64,000 nt of DNA from Chiloscyllium plagiosum. Its lineage: Eukaryota. Where the stretch lies: assembly GCF_004010195.1 (NCBI RefSeq), contig NC_057750.1, forward strand, positions 10,923,081-10,987,080, given 5' to 3'. This document shows, one piece after another, positions 53,119-64,000 of this stretch (its first letter is position 1; every line of letters starts with the position of its first letter). The notes under the pieces are model-generated. The model ran no database searches and was not told the origin of the DNA. It saw only the letters and a program-made list of their open reading frames with translations. A program made the translations under genes and the position numbers.

Positions 53119-54289
53119 AACCAAACCCTGACATTAAAGTACACCTTCTGAAGTGCTACATAGGTTATTGTGGCTCAGGTCTCTGGAGTGAGGCTTGAAC
53201 CCACAACCTGAAACAGGGGTGAGAGTGTTAAGCCTTGGCTCACTTTCTCTTGTAGCATGACGGTCATTTCATCTTCAATGTGCACAGCTCTTCAAAATAA
53301 TTTGGATAATTTAAAAGTATTGTGATGAATGTGAACATTGGCTTGTTGTAATAGCCTGGAGCACATACGAGGTATGAATTATTTCTTTATTACAAAAGTA
53401 CTAAAATTGACGGAACCGGTTTGTCTACTGCAGAAAATGTTTCACAAAAGAATGTAGGCGAGGATGAGACAGAAGACTACTTTGTTCTCTTGCAACATGT
53501 ATTACGAGTTTGCATTTTCTTTTGGTCCCACATTGTTTGGAATCATCACTATTTAAGGATGCAAAATTGAGAGCTCTGTTCAATTCTACCTTCCCATGCT
53601 GTCTGGCTAGGTCAGTGCTTAGGCAAGTGTCATATTGCATATGTGACCTGGCTGTTCTGTGCAGCCATGTATGTTGCTCACTGGAACACAATGCACACAT
53701 GCACAACTGCGTATTAGTCCCTAGCTCGTTACAGACAATGCAAAAAATATAACAGCAACTGGAATATGCACCTGTGACAAGAGATGATTTTGAATTTAAG
53801 TTTGAAGCCAAAATGAAATGTGAGAGAGAAACATAGCCATGAGTGAACTTGAATGTGTGGACAACTCTTATACTTATTCAGCAGGCACAAGACAGCAAGG
53901 AAGGCAGCTTGGGACACCTACCAATAATAATTCATGAACAACTTGCATTAACATTGTCCTTCAACATAGCAAAGTTTTCTCAGGTTCACACAAAATGTGA
54001 CAAGCAACGAGGGGGTATTAGGTCAGGTGATGAAAGAGTTGGTCAAAGATACAAGTTTTCATGAACATTTTTAACCAATGGAGTGAGAGGCAGAGTGGTT
54101 TAGGGAAAGAACTCCAGAGCTTAGGGCATAGGCAGCAGGAGGCATAACTTCCAATGGTGAACTATTGCAAATCCAGGGTCACGCAAGGGGCCAGAATTGA
54201 TGAAATGTAGAGTTGCAAGACTGAAGAAGATTGCAAGGATTAGGAGGGGACAAGGTGATTGAGGTATTTGAAAGAAAAAAAAGGTATTT

Positions 54290-54850
54290 TTTTAAAAGGG
54301 AATGGAGGTTTTGCTAAAACTATGCAAGCCATTAGTCAGACCACAACTGGAAAACTGTGAGCCCCTTATCCAAAGAAAGATTTATTGGCTTTACAGGAAG
54401 TCCAGGGACTGATATCAGATATGGAGGGACTGTCCTTTTGAGGAGAGATTGAGTATGTTCGGCATGTACGCATTGGAATGTAGAAGAATGGGAACAATCC
54501 TAACAAAACATACAAAATTCTTAGGGGATTTAACACCGTAGATATGAAAAGACTATGTCTGCTATTAGAACCTCAGGCATAATCTTAGCGGGTATAATCT
54601 CAGATTAAGGGGTTGCAAATTAAAGAGAGGGATAACAAGAAATTTCTGCTGTCAGAGGGTAGTGGGCATGTGGAGTTGTTTACTGCAGAGGGCTATCGTC
54701 AAGGCTGAGATGGACAAATTTTTAATCAGTAAGAGAATCATGAGCTATCAAGGCAAGAGAGTGGAGTTAAGGATCACTGCTTAGCCATGATCTCATTGAG
54801 TGAAGGAGCAGGCTAAATAGGCTGAATGGCCTTTTTCTGCTCCTACTTAA
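54290..54850 (+). mobile_element. Degenerate CR1 LINE 3' fragment
   Basis: LVRPQLE-like motif and 3' UTR (ggctgaatggcct...ctgctcct). Confidence 0.65.
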
Positions 54851-57049
54851 GATCATAAAATCTGGTCTTATGAAATGTTAGAGTCAGAATGCTGCAGGAT
54901 CGTGAGTCAGTATAAATCAGAAAGCACAGGAGCTTTAGATCTGACATAAGTCAGACTGGACAACTTTCTTGTAAGTAGTAGTCCTGTGCATCCCCTCCAC
55001 TGCTGTGCACTCTTTGCCTCAAGAGCTGACATGCTGGATTGAGGGGCATCTAGCAACAAACCCTTGCCCCAGATGAGGTATTTCAGTTCCTCCAGTTTAG
55101 AAGAATGTGTAGGGAATAAGTCATGGTAGATGCATCTGAGCATTCAGCAAGGGCAGCACTGGCCTGGCTGCGATACAGTCCACAATCGAATAGCTGACCG
55201 ACTGACTGATTCACATACAAAGGACATCAACATCTGAGTTATAGTGGACCTGAACAAATAGAATTAAATTCAGTCATTCACAGGAGTGGATATAGGCAAC
55301 TGGTAACAAAAAAATACAATGCATTTCTTACACATACACTAACGTTAGCAAGTCTTGTCTCCACCACCGTTTGCAATTGAGCAGAACTGCAAAAATCATA
55401 CAGGATCAACAGAAATCCAATCTCTGAACAAGCTGATTAGACGAGTATTTGTACCTGGTATCGGAGGTACCTTGGTACCTTGGCTCAAGGTTATGTCTAT
55501 TCTTGTATCCTTCAGTCCTTTTCCTGAATGTCACCTTTACTCCCAACTCCGAGTCAATAAACTGTGGCTTCAGCTCATGCCAAAGGTTTCAGCACGTATA
55601 CGAGGGTGACACTTTGGTGGTGTACTGAGGGGGTACTGCATGTCAAGAATGCTATCTGTCAGAAAAGGCGTTGTTCTGAGACCCCAAAAGGATATAATGG
55701 ATCCCCTAGCCCTATGGGATTTCTCCCATCAGCTGGTCAATACTTATCTCACAATCAGCATCATGATTTTACAGAGCTTGAAGTAGATTACGACACACAA
55801 AGTAGAAATGGAAAAAACAACAAATTTGATACAAACAAGTTGTATATTTTAATATAATGCAGAAGTTTTCCATTTAGTTGGTAAGATTGCTCAGTACTGA
55901 TTATGAATATTGAGCTTTTAACGAAGTATTGTTTTACTTTATTCCACAAAAATCACAGATTAGAATTGTAGAACAGTTAAATAAAGAAGAACATTCAGCT
56001 CACTGTGCACATGTCAACTACTTGCAAGAGAAATTCACTTTTTCGATGGGGGCATGCAAAGCTTTTCTCTTCAAAATAATTATCCAACTCTGTCTTCAAA
56101 GCCAAGATTGATCCAGTCTCTTCCACAGTTCTAGATACAGCATTCCAATTAGTGCATGAAAAGGTTTCTCTTCATGTCATCATTGCTTCTTTTGCCAATA
56201 ACTTTCATTAACCTTCCAGCATTGGGAACATTTTCCTCGGAGTCTTCCCGATTTAGAAATATGGAAAATAGGAGCAGAATGCGGCTATTTGGCCATCGAG
56301 CTCAGTCCAACGTTCAGTTTGATCATGCTGATACTGTAGCTTGACGCTCTACTCCTGCTCTCTCCAACTGACACGTTTAGCCTGTAGAAATGTTAAATAG
56401 TGTCTTGGACTCCACAGCCATCTGTTGTAAAGAATTCTATGAGTTCAGCATCCTCTAAGTAAATTTCTCCTCATCTCAGTCCAAAATTGCGATCAAATAT
56501 CTTGCATTATGACCCCTTGTTCTGAAGCCCTTGCACTCAATCTGTGTAATCACTTTTAAATCTTCTATGAAATCACCTCTCATTCCTCTGAATTTCAGCA
56601 CAGTCCACAAGTAAAATCTACCCAATCTCTTCTGATTTGACAAAAGCTGCTGTTGCAGGAATCAGACTGGTGCACTTTCACTGCACTCCCCCATGGCAAG
56701 TATTTTTTTTGGTAAAGAGACCAAATCCGCACACAATGCTCCACTTGTAATCAAACTAAGACCCTGTACAGCTACAGTAAGACTTCTCTGCTCCTGCACA
56801 CAAACCATCCTGCAATGAAGCCAACATAATGTTTTCCTTCCTAACTGCTTGCTGTACATGCATGTTGGCTCTCAGTAAACAGTGTAAAAAGGACACCCAG
56901 GCCCCTTTTCACATACGTTCCTATTCTATGACCATTCAAATAATACTCTGAATTCTGATATTTTTCTACCAAAATGAACAACTTCACATTTATCCACATT
57001 ACCCAATTTCTCCAATCTATCTAATTTATATTTCCTAGTTCCTGCAAAC

Positions 57050-57525
57050 ATTCAGGTTGTAGGTTTGCTCGCTGAGCTGGTAGGTTTGTTCTCAGACCTC
57101 ATCATCAATGAGCCTCCAGTGAAGCGCTGGTGTTTTGCCCCGTATTCTATTGATGCATCTTGGTCTATAAGGTGATATCATTTCTAGTTCTTTTTCTCAG
57201 AGGTTGGTAAATGGGGTCCAAATCGATGTGTTTGTGTTTTTTTGGAGTTCCAATTTGAATGCCAGGCCTCGAGGAATTCCCGCGCGTGTCTCTGTTTTTC
57301 ATGCCTGAGGATGGATGTGTTATCCCAGTTGAAGTGGTGTTCTCCTTCATCTCTGTGTAAGGATACTAATGATAGTTGGTCATGTCTTTTGATGGCTAGT
57401 TGGTGTTTGTGTATCCTGTTAGCTAGTTTCCTGCCTGTCTGTCCAATGTAGTGTTTGTTGCAATCCATGCAGGGTATTTTGTAAATGACATTCGTTTTGC
57501 TGGTTGTTGGTAAAAGGTCCTTTTG
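57050..57525 (-). mobile_element. Penelope-like retroelement 3' fragment (GIY-YIG; hammerhead internally deleted)
   Basis: KTNVIYKIPCMDCNKHYIGQTGRKL...REFLEAWHSN. The pseudo-LTR reads CTCA-TTGATGATGAG-GTC-TGAG, so stem II and GAAAC are lost. Confidence 0.88.
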
Positions 57526-57557
57526 GTAAACCAAGGCCCCATTTACCCTCTTAGGTG

Positions 57558-60500
57558 TGTTATGAAGTTGAAGGCGTGTACCTTTTGAGAGAGTGAATGC
57601 TGCAAGCACCTGTCATATGACTGACTAGCAATCTGAGTGTACTGGAAAATTGAAAATATGTAACATTTGGCTGTGAAATAGATACCTGAGTTGGTTGCTG
57701 TTTTGACAACAATTCGAATCTAACCAATCAATTTAAATTATGCCCCAGGATACTAAAACCCAATTGATTTTGAATTAATTGTTCTTGCCAAACTTGAACC
57801 GATGAGACAATCTGATATTGGGCGGTATAAAAAGGCAGCGTCAAATTGTGTGCTGCTGAAAAAGCACAGTTGGTCAGGCAGCCTTTCTAGCACCACACAC
57901 TTCGACTCTGATCTCCAGCGTTTGCAGTCCTCACTTTCTCCTAGTTCAGTATAAAAAGGCAGGCAGTTTGAAAGTCAGACAGAGTAACTGCCATTGAGAC
58001 AGACCCAAATGCTCTCTACCAAAGGTACCTTTTCATATAAAAAATATTAAATTGATATTATTTTCGTTAAATAGTGGAATTTGGGAGTTCTCTGTTACTC
58101 ATATTTTAACTTTTTTTGAAGCGAGGTGCGTTTTTCTGGGTAGAGTCATAGCAGAAGGGTTCACTACTGTGTCGTAACAGTTTGGGGGCTTGGGTCCATG
58201 ATTTGGACAGGTTTAGACAGATCTGAATAGATTTGGGGTACAAAAGAGCCCAGCAGATTTAAACACTTGCCAATTAGTGTCCTAGATCTTTAAATAAAAC
58301 ATAGGTGAGATAAATTATTTAATTTCAGTTTCTTGTCGTTGGTTAAATTAAAAGTGAGAGAAATGGCTCTTAAGATTGCTAAAGAGGTTCTGGGGTTCGA
58401 AGACGATTCCCAAATTTGTCAAGAAAATTTAGAAAGACAGAAGAAGGACTTACTTTTAGAATTAGCAAAGAGGTTAGAATTGGGTCTAACCAGGGACAAA
58501 AGGAAAGCTGAAATTGTAACGGAGTTCATCAAACACTTGGATGTGTCAGAGAAACAGACAAGTGCAGTAGAGTTAGAAAAAAACCTAAATTACAATTGAG
58601 GAAAATGGAGTTAGAAGATAAAGGAAGAGAAAGAAGAGCCATGAGAGAGAGAGCGAAGAGAGAGAGCGAAGAGAGAGAGCGAGGCACAGACAGAGAGACA
58701 GAGACAGAGACAGAGAGAGGAATCTTAGCTGAGCAAAGAGAGAGAGAAGAAAGAGAATTTGAACTTCAGAAGTTACAAATTAATCAGAAAAGTCAAGTTA
58801 ACAGGATGGAGATGAAGAGAGAAGGTAGTGATGTATGCAAATATGTTAAAACATTGCCACATTTTGATGAGAAAGATGTCGAAATCTCCTTTACTTAATT
58901 TGAAAAACTGGTGAGGCAGATGGAGTGGTCAGAGAATTGTGGGTAATGCTCGTTCAGACTCAGCTGTTAAGCAGAGCTAGTGAGATGTTTGCAACTCTGT
59001 CAGATGAGGTTACGCAGATATAAACAGGCTATTTTGAGTGCTTGTGAATTGGTACCAGAAGCGTATAGACAGAGGTTCAGAAACATAAAGAAGGTCAGAC
59101 TTGTGCTGAGTTCAAAAGAATTAAACATAGTAATTTTGATAGATGGGTGCAGGCCTTAAAAATAGGTAAAACCTATGAGGCTGTAAGAGATTATTCTGCT
59201 GGAGGAGTTTTAAAAACTCACTTCCAGAGATGATAAGAATTCATGTGGATGAACAGAAAGTTCAAGAAGTGAGAAGAGCAGCAGAGATGGTAGATGTATA
59301 TGTATTGGTGCATAAGGCAAAATTTAACTTCTGGCAAGAATTTCATCCTGTGAAGGATAGAAATTGGCAGAAGGGGAGATTCTACACTACGAAGAGTAGA
59401 GCACACTGGTAATTCTTTACCACAGGCTAAAAAAGAAGCCCAAGACGGTGGAAAGGAGGTGAAAGGCCTCGGGTGTTTTCAACTGTAATGGAGTGGGACA
59501 CAGAAAATTATAGTGCCACTGGTTTAAGAAGGGCACTGGGAAAAGTGTTTTCACTGCCAGAAAGTGGGACGCCTAAAGTCACAGTGCTGGTCATTAAAGA
59601 GAGGCAGTGTAGGAAAAGATGTAAAAGAGACAGAGCCAGTGGCATTATTGAAAGTAGTAAAGGAAACCCCAAAAAAAGTTCAGGAGCTGCAGGAGAGTGC
59701 ACAGCCTGAGCAGGGGCTGGGTATGGAGTTAGTGCCTGATCTCTATAAAGACTTCACCTCTGTGAAAGAGTGGTAATTTGTGGGATCGATGGACAGAAGT
59801 TTAGCATTCCCCTATGTAAGAGCAGGTTGGAGTGCCAACTCAAGACTGGGGAAGTAACAATGGGAGTGATTGACAGAGTCTGGATTAGTGGTGCTGGAAG
59901 AGCACAGCAGTTCAGGCAGCATCCACGGAGCAGCGAAATCGACGTTTTGGGCAAAAGCCCTGACAGAGTGTCAGTTCCAGGAATACAGTTTATTCTTGGG
60001 AATGATTTAGCACGATCCAAGGTGGGAGTGATACCCCTTGTTGTGGAGAAGCCAAAGAAACACCAGGGAACTGAGGAGTTAAAAGAAAAATACCCTGGAA
60101 TTTTCCCTGACTGTGTACTAACAAGATCCCACTATCATAAGTCACAGCAAGAAGCAAAGACTAAAGAGAAAGATGAGTTGAGGTTCAGTTAGCGGGCACC
60201 CTGTTTGATGTAATGGTGTGGGAAAAACCTGCGGGTCAGGCAGAAGTGTTTAATCCTGAAAGGCTAATGAACTTACAACAGAAAGAGGAGACAATAAAAG
60301 ATATATATGTGGACGCACACTCCGAAAAGGAGTCCGAATGTATTCCTGAGCGTTATTATCTTAAAGATAGAATCCTAAGATGAAAATGGAGACCAACAGC
60401 AGGTTAGTGCAGAGGAGAAATAGGGAGAAGTGCACTAGATTGTGTTGCCGGTAGCATACAGACAGGATGTGCTATGGGTAGTGCATGGATTACCAGTAGG

Positions 60501-61356
60501 AGGTCACCTTGGTGTGAGGAAGACTCCGGCTAAGGTACATAAGCATTTCTACTGGCGTGGAATGCACAAGGATGTGGTTAACTTTTGCCGTATGTGTCAG
60601 GTGCTGTTTACCTAACTCACCAACCCAATTTAATCTCTTCCTCACCTCAGGTACATAACCCAAGAGTGAGATCTCTGATTTTCGTCAATTTCTCTTTAAT
60701 TAATTTCACAGGCCCTCTCTCTTCATGTCTGAATTTTAACCCAAAGGGAGTCAACTGAGTAGATTCACTTGGGGAATCTCTAATGGCAAATATTACAAAT
60801 GGGATATCTTTATCCCAATCATTCGGGTAATTCTTAGTACGCTCTTCACATGGTCTTCAGGGTCTGATGCCACCTTTCCAAAGCTCCTGGGATTCAGGAT
60901 GGTATGCACTTGATTTAAAGTGCTGCATGCTTAAACTATCCATGACTTCCTTAAACAGCCCATGACTTCCTTAAACAGCCTAAAATTACACCCTCGCTCT
61001 GACTGAATCTCTCTGGATAGCCCATACCGCGTGAAGAAAGCTACTAACTCCTCTACCATCCTTGTTGCCTTAATACTCCATAATGGAATTGCCTCTGGAA
61101 ATCTGGTAGACACATCCATTATGGTTAACAAGTACTGGTCCCCACTTTTGGTTTTAGGGAAGGGACCTGCACAATCAATTATAACTCGCATGAAAGGCTC
61201 TTCGAATGTGGGGATTGGCAACAAAGATGCTGGTTTTATTACTGCCTGTATGTATTGGGTATGTCATGTGAATATGTTGAAACCTTATTATATGAGTGAC
61301 AGAGAACTCCCAAATTTGGTTTAATTAACAGAAGGGTTCACCACTGTGTTGTAACA
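57558..61356 (+). mobile_element. Defective Gmr1-like Ty3/gypsy LTR retrotransposon
   Basis: TGTTA...TAACA termini; 4-bp TSD GGTG (57554-57557 / 61357-61360); 5' LTR 57558-58179; tRNA-Pro-like PBS TGGGGGCT at 58183. Gag starts at ATG 58363 with a SCAN-like region (ELVPEAYRQRFR, LLEEF) and a decayed zinc knuckle. A protease-region ORF is followed by integrase HHCC (GGHLG...HFYW...C..C) and integrase core. No RT/RNase H; only ~30 bp of 3' LTR remain. Confidence 0.88.
60600..61248 (-). pseudogene. Integrase catalytic core of the gypsy element, inverted relative to the rest
   Basis: Minus strand: KPASLLPIPTFEEPFMRVIIDCAGPFPKTKSGDQYLLTIMDVSTRFPEAIPL...AYHPESQGALERWHQTLK. Contains a 20-bp tandem duplication (60941-60980). 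Confidence 0.85.
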
Positions 61357-61854
61357 GGTGGCTGTAACAGATGCCATGGCAGTGTTTGAATCTACAAGGA
61401 GAAATCCCTTTGATCTGTTGAGCAATTCTGTTCTTTCGGTTCAACCACAGAACCTCCCCTTTGTTTGCAGAGTACCGCAGACGCATCCCCTAGAGTGCTG
61501 AATCTGTGGCAGACCTCTTTCAGATGGCCCTCACTGTTAACTTTAGCATCTAGCATCCATCTCCATTACCACTATGTCAGGCCTGGTCACATAGCATAGT
61601 ATGATGGTGGCAGTGGCTGAGTTCCCAGAGAACCAGCTCAAATAGACACAAAGGTCCAGTTCGGTGGTACCATGCTGACTGAATCACTCCCCTCCCTTCC
61701 TGGCCCCCTCTCTCACAGCCTGCAGCTTCTGGTTTTAATGCGTTGGGAATTCCGGCTTTGGATTCCTGGTCTACCCTCAGTGCCTCAGGCTGCTATAGGA
61801 CCCTAGCCTCTCTCTTGGCTCTCCAGTGTAGCCATGAATGGATCACATACATGC

Positions 61855-63585
61855 ACCGCTGGGCCGAGGAGTGGCAGATGGCATTGAATTTAGATAAATG
61901 TGAGGTGCTGCATTTGAAAAGGCAAATCAGGGTAGGACTTGTACACGCAATGGTAAGGCCTTGGGGTGTGTTGCTAAACAAAGAGACCTTGGAGTGCTGG
62001 TTCATGGTTCCTTGAAAGTGGAGTCACGACAGGATAGTGAAGAAGGCATTTGGCACACTTGTCTTTAGTATCATGAATTGAGTATAGGAGTTGGGAGCCA
62101 TGTTGTGTGGCTGTACAGGACATTGGTTAGGCCACTTTTGGAATATTGTATTCAATTCTGGTCTCCCTCCTATCAGAAGGATGTTGTGAAACTTGAAAGG
62201 GTTCAGAAAAGATTTACAAGGATGTTGCCAGTGTTGGACTGTTGAAGCTGCAGGGAGAGGCTGAGTAGGCTGGGGTCTGGAGTGTCGGGGCCTGAGGGTG
62301 ACATTATAGAGATTTATAAAATCATGAGGGGCATGGATAGGATGAATGTTTAAGGTCTTTTCCCTAGGGAAGGGGAGTCCAAAAATAGAAGGCATTAGGT
62401 TTAACGTGAGAGGGATAAGGTTTAAAAGGAACCTCAGGGACATCTTTTTCATACTTTGTGGTGTGTGTATGGAATGAGCTGCCAGAAGAGGTGATGAAGG
62501 CTGGTACAATTACAGCTTTTAAAAGGCATCTGGATGGGTATATGAATAGGAAGGACTTAGAGGGATATGTGTGAAATGCTGGTAAATGGGACTAGATTAA
62601 TTTAGGATATCTGGTTGGCATGGACAAGTTGGACCAAAGGCTGTGTTTCCGTGCTGCATAGCTCTGACTCTATTTTGCCAGATCTGTTATGGGTTTGCAG
62701 CAATTTCTCGTTTTGCTTAAGATTTATGGAGTTGAAAAGGTATTTGCAGAAAATGTCTTTCCCCTTGTGGGAAAGTTTAGGATTAGAGGACATAATCTCA
62801 GAGTAAAGGATCATCCACTTGAGGCAGAGATGAGGAGGAATTTCTTCTTTTAGAGGGAATCAAATTTGTGGAATGTTTTATTGCAGAGGGCTAGGTTGCT
62901 AAGCATATTCAAGGCTGGTGTAGATTTTTTAAAATCAGTGAGGGAATCAAGGGTTATGGAGAAAAAGCAGCAAAGTGGAATTGAGGATGACCTGATCAAC
63001 CATGATCTCATTTAGTGGCAGAGAATACTTAATACACTGAATCGCTTTCTTCTTCTCCTGAGTCATAGAGATATACAGCACGGAAACAGATCTTTGAATC
63101 CAACTCATCCATGTCAACCAGATGTCCTAATCTAGTCCCATTTGCCAGCACTTGGTCCATATCCCTCAAACCTTTCCTATTCACCTATCTGTCCAGATGC
63201 CTTTTAAATGTTGTAATTGTACCAGCCTCCACCACTTCCTCTGGCTGCTTATTCCATACATGCACCACCCTCTGTGTGAAAAAGTTGCCCCTTAGGTCCC
63301 TTTTATATCTTTCCCCTCTCCCCCTAAACCTATGTCCTCTATTTCTGGACTTCCCCAACTCGGGGAAAAGACCTTGTCTGTTTATCCTATCCATGCCCCT
63401 CATGATTTTATAAACCTCCATAAGGTAACCCCTCAGCTTCCAATGCTGCAGGGAAAACAGCCCCACCTATTCAGTCTCTCCCTATAGCTCAAATCCTCCA
63501 AGCTTTTGCAACATCCTTGTAAATCTTTTCTGAACCCTTTCAATTTTCACAACATCCTTCCGATAGGAAAGAGACCAGAATTCTA
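61855..63585. mobile_element. Cluster of CR1 LINE 3' fragments (+ 61855-62670, + ~62750-63057, - 63058-63585)
   Basis: WAEEWQMALNLDKCEVLH, RGNFFTQRVVHVWN and CR1 tails. Confidence 0.85.
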
Positions 63586-64000
63586 GTGGTCTTCTGTGTT
63601 TTGAATAAGGATGCCTGTCTTGCTGTCCTGACCAATATTGATCCCATACCAACATGGTGTTTGAAGAAAGGGATTATGTGATCCACTACCTTATTGGTGT
63701 TTTTGGTAGCTTGGTGTGTGCAAACTGGCTGCAGTATCTCTTCCATTAGCACTTCATTGACTGAAATGTGCTGTGGGATATCCTGAGGTGCTTACTGCAA
63801 AAAACATAGCTGTTTGAAAGAACAAAATCAGATTAGTTTTATAGACTTCTCTTTCTTTCATTCTCAAGTACATCCAGTTTTCTTGTGGAAGTGACTACTA
63901 TATCTGTTTTCACTAGCATTTCAGTTGGCGCATTCCACACAATAGCCCCATATTTCAATTCAAAAAATCATCTCTTTCTTTCATTTTCTTCCACTCACTA

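Noticed and set aside
53425-53920. 128-aa ORF and possible DNA-transposon remnant (similar motifs at ~36400-36650)
   Set aside because: No transposase motif, terminal inverted repeats or TSD could be established.

Overview
Eukaryotic, repeat-dense genomic DNA from a cartilaginous fish. An elasmobranch (shark) is inferred from the HE1-type tRNA-SINEs, CR1/HER1-type LINEs and Deu-domain SINEs. Three spliced genes lie in the same order and orientation as on human 19q13.2. (1) A CD225/dispanin gene at the TMEM91 position (+; coding exons 14100-14540, 20149-20304, 24069-24227; 251 aa). (2) EXOSC5 (-; six coding exons from 50887 to 27802; 220 aa; intron 3 is U12-type). (3) The probable first exon of BCKDHA (+; 51234-51344), head-to-head with EXOSC5 across a ~350-bp promoter. 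The rest is mostly transposon-derived: many CR1 LINE fragments (one with an intact 5' end and an open ORF1 running off the left edge), SINEs, three Penelope-like GIY-YIG fragments, and a rearranged Gmr1-like Ty3/gypsy LTR element in BCKDHA intron 1. The strongest signal missing from the ORF track is about ten minimal type-I hammerhead-ribozyme motifs (CUGANGA-N-stemII-GAAAC/G-NUH) from at least four sequence families. They sit in Penelope terminal repeats and in short non-coding inserts that are often fold-back and flanked by long target-site duplications. All calls come from manual reading; no database search or folding program was run.
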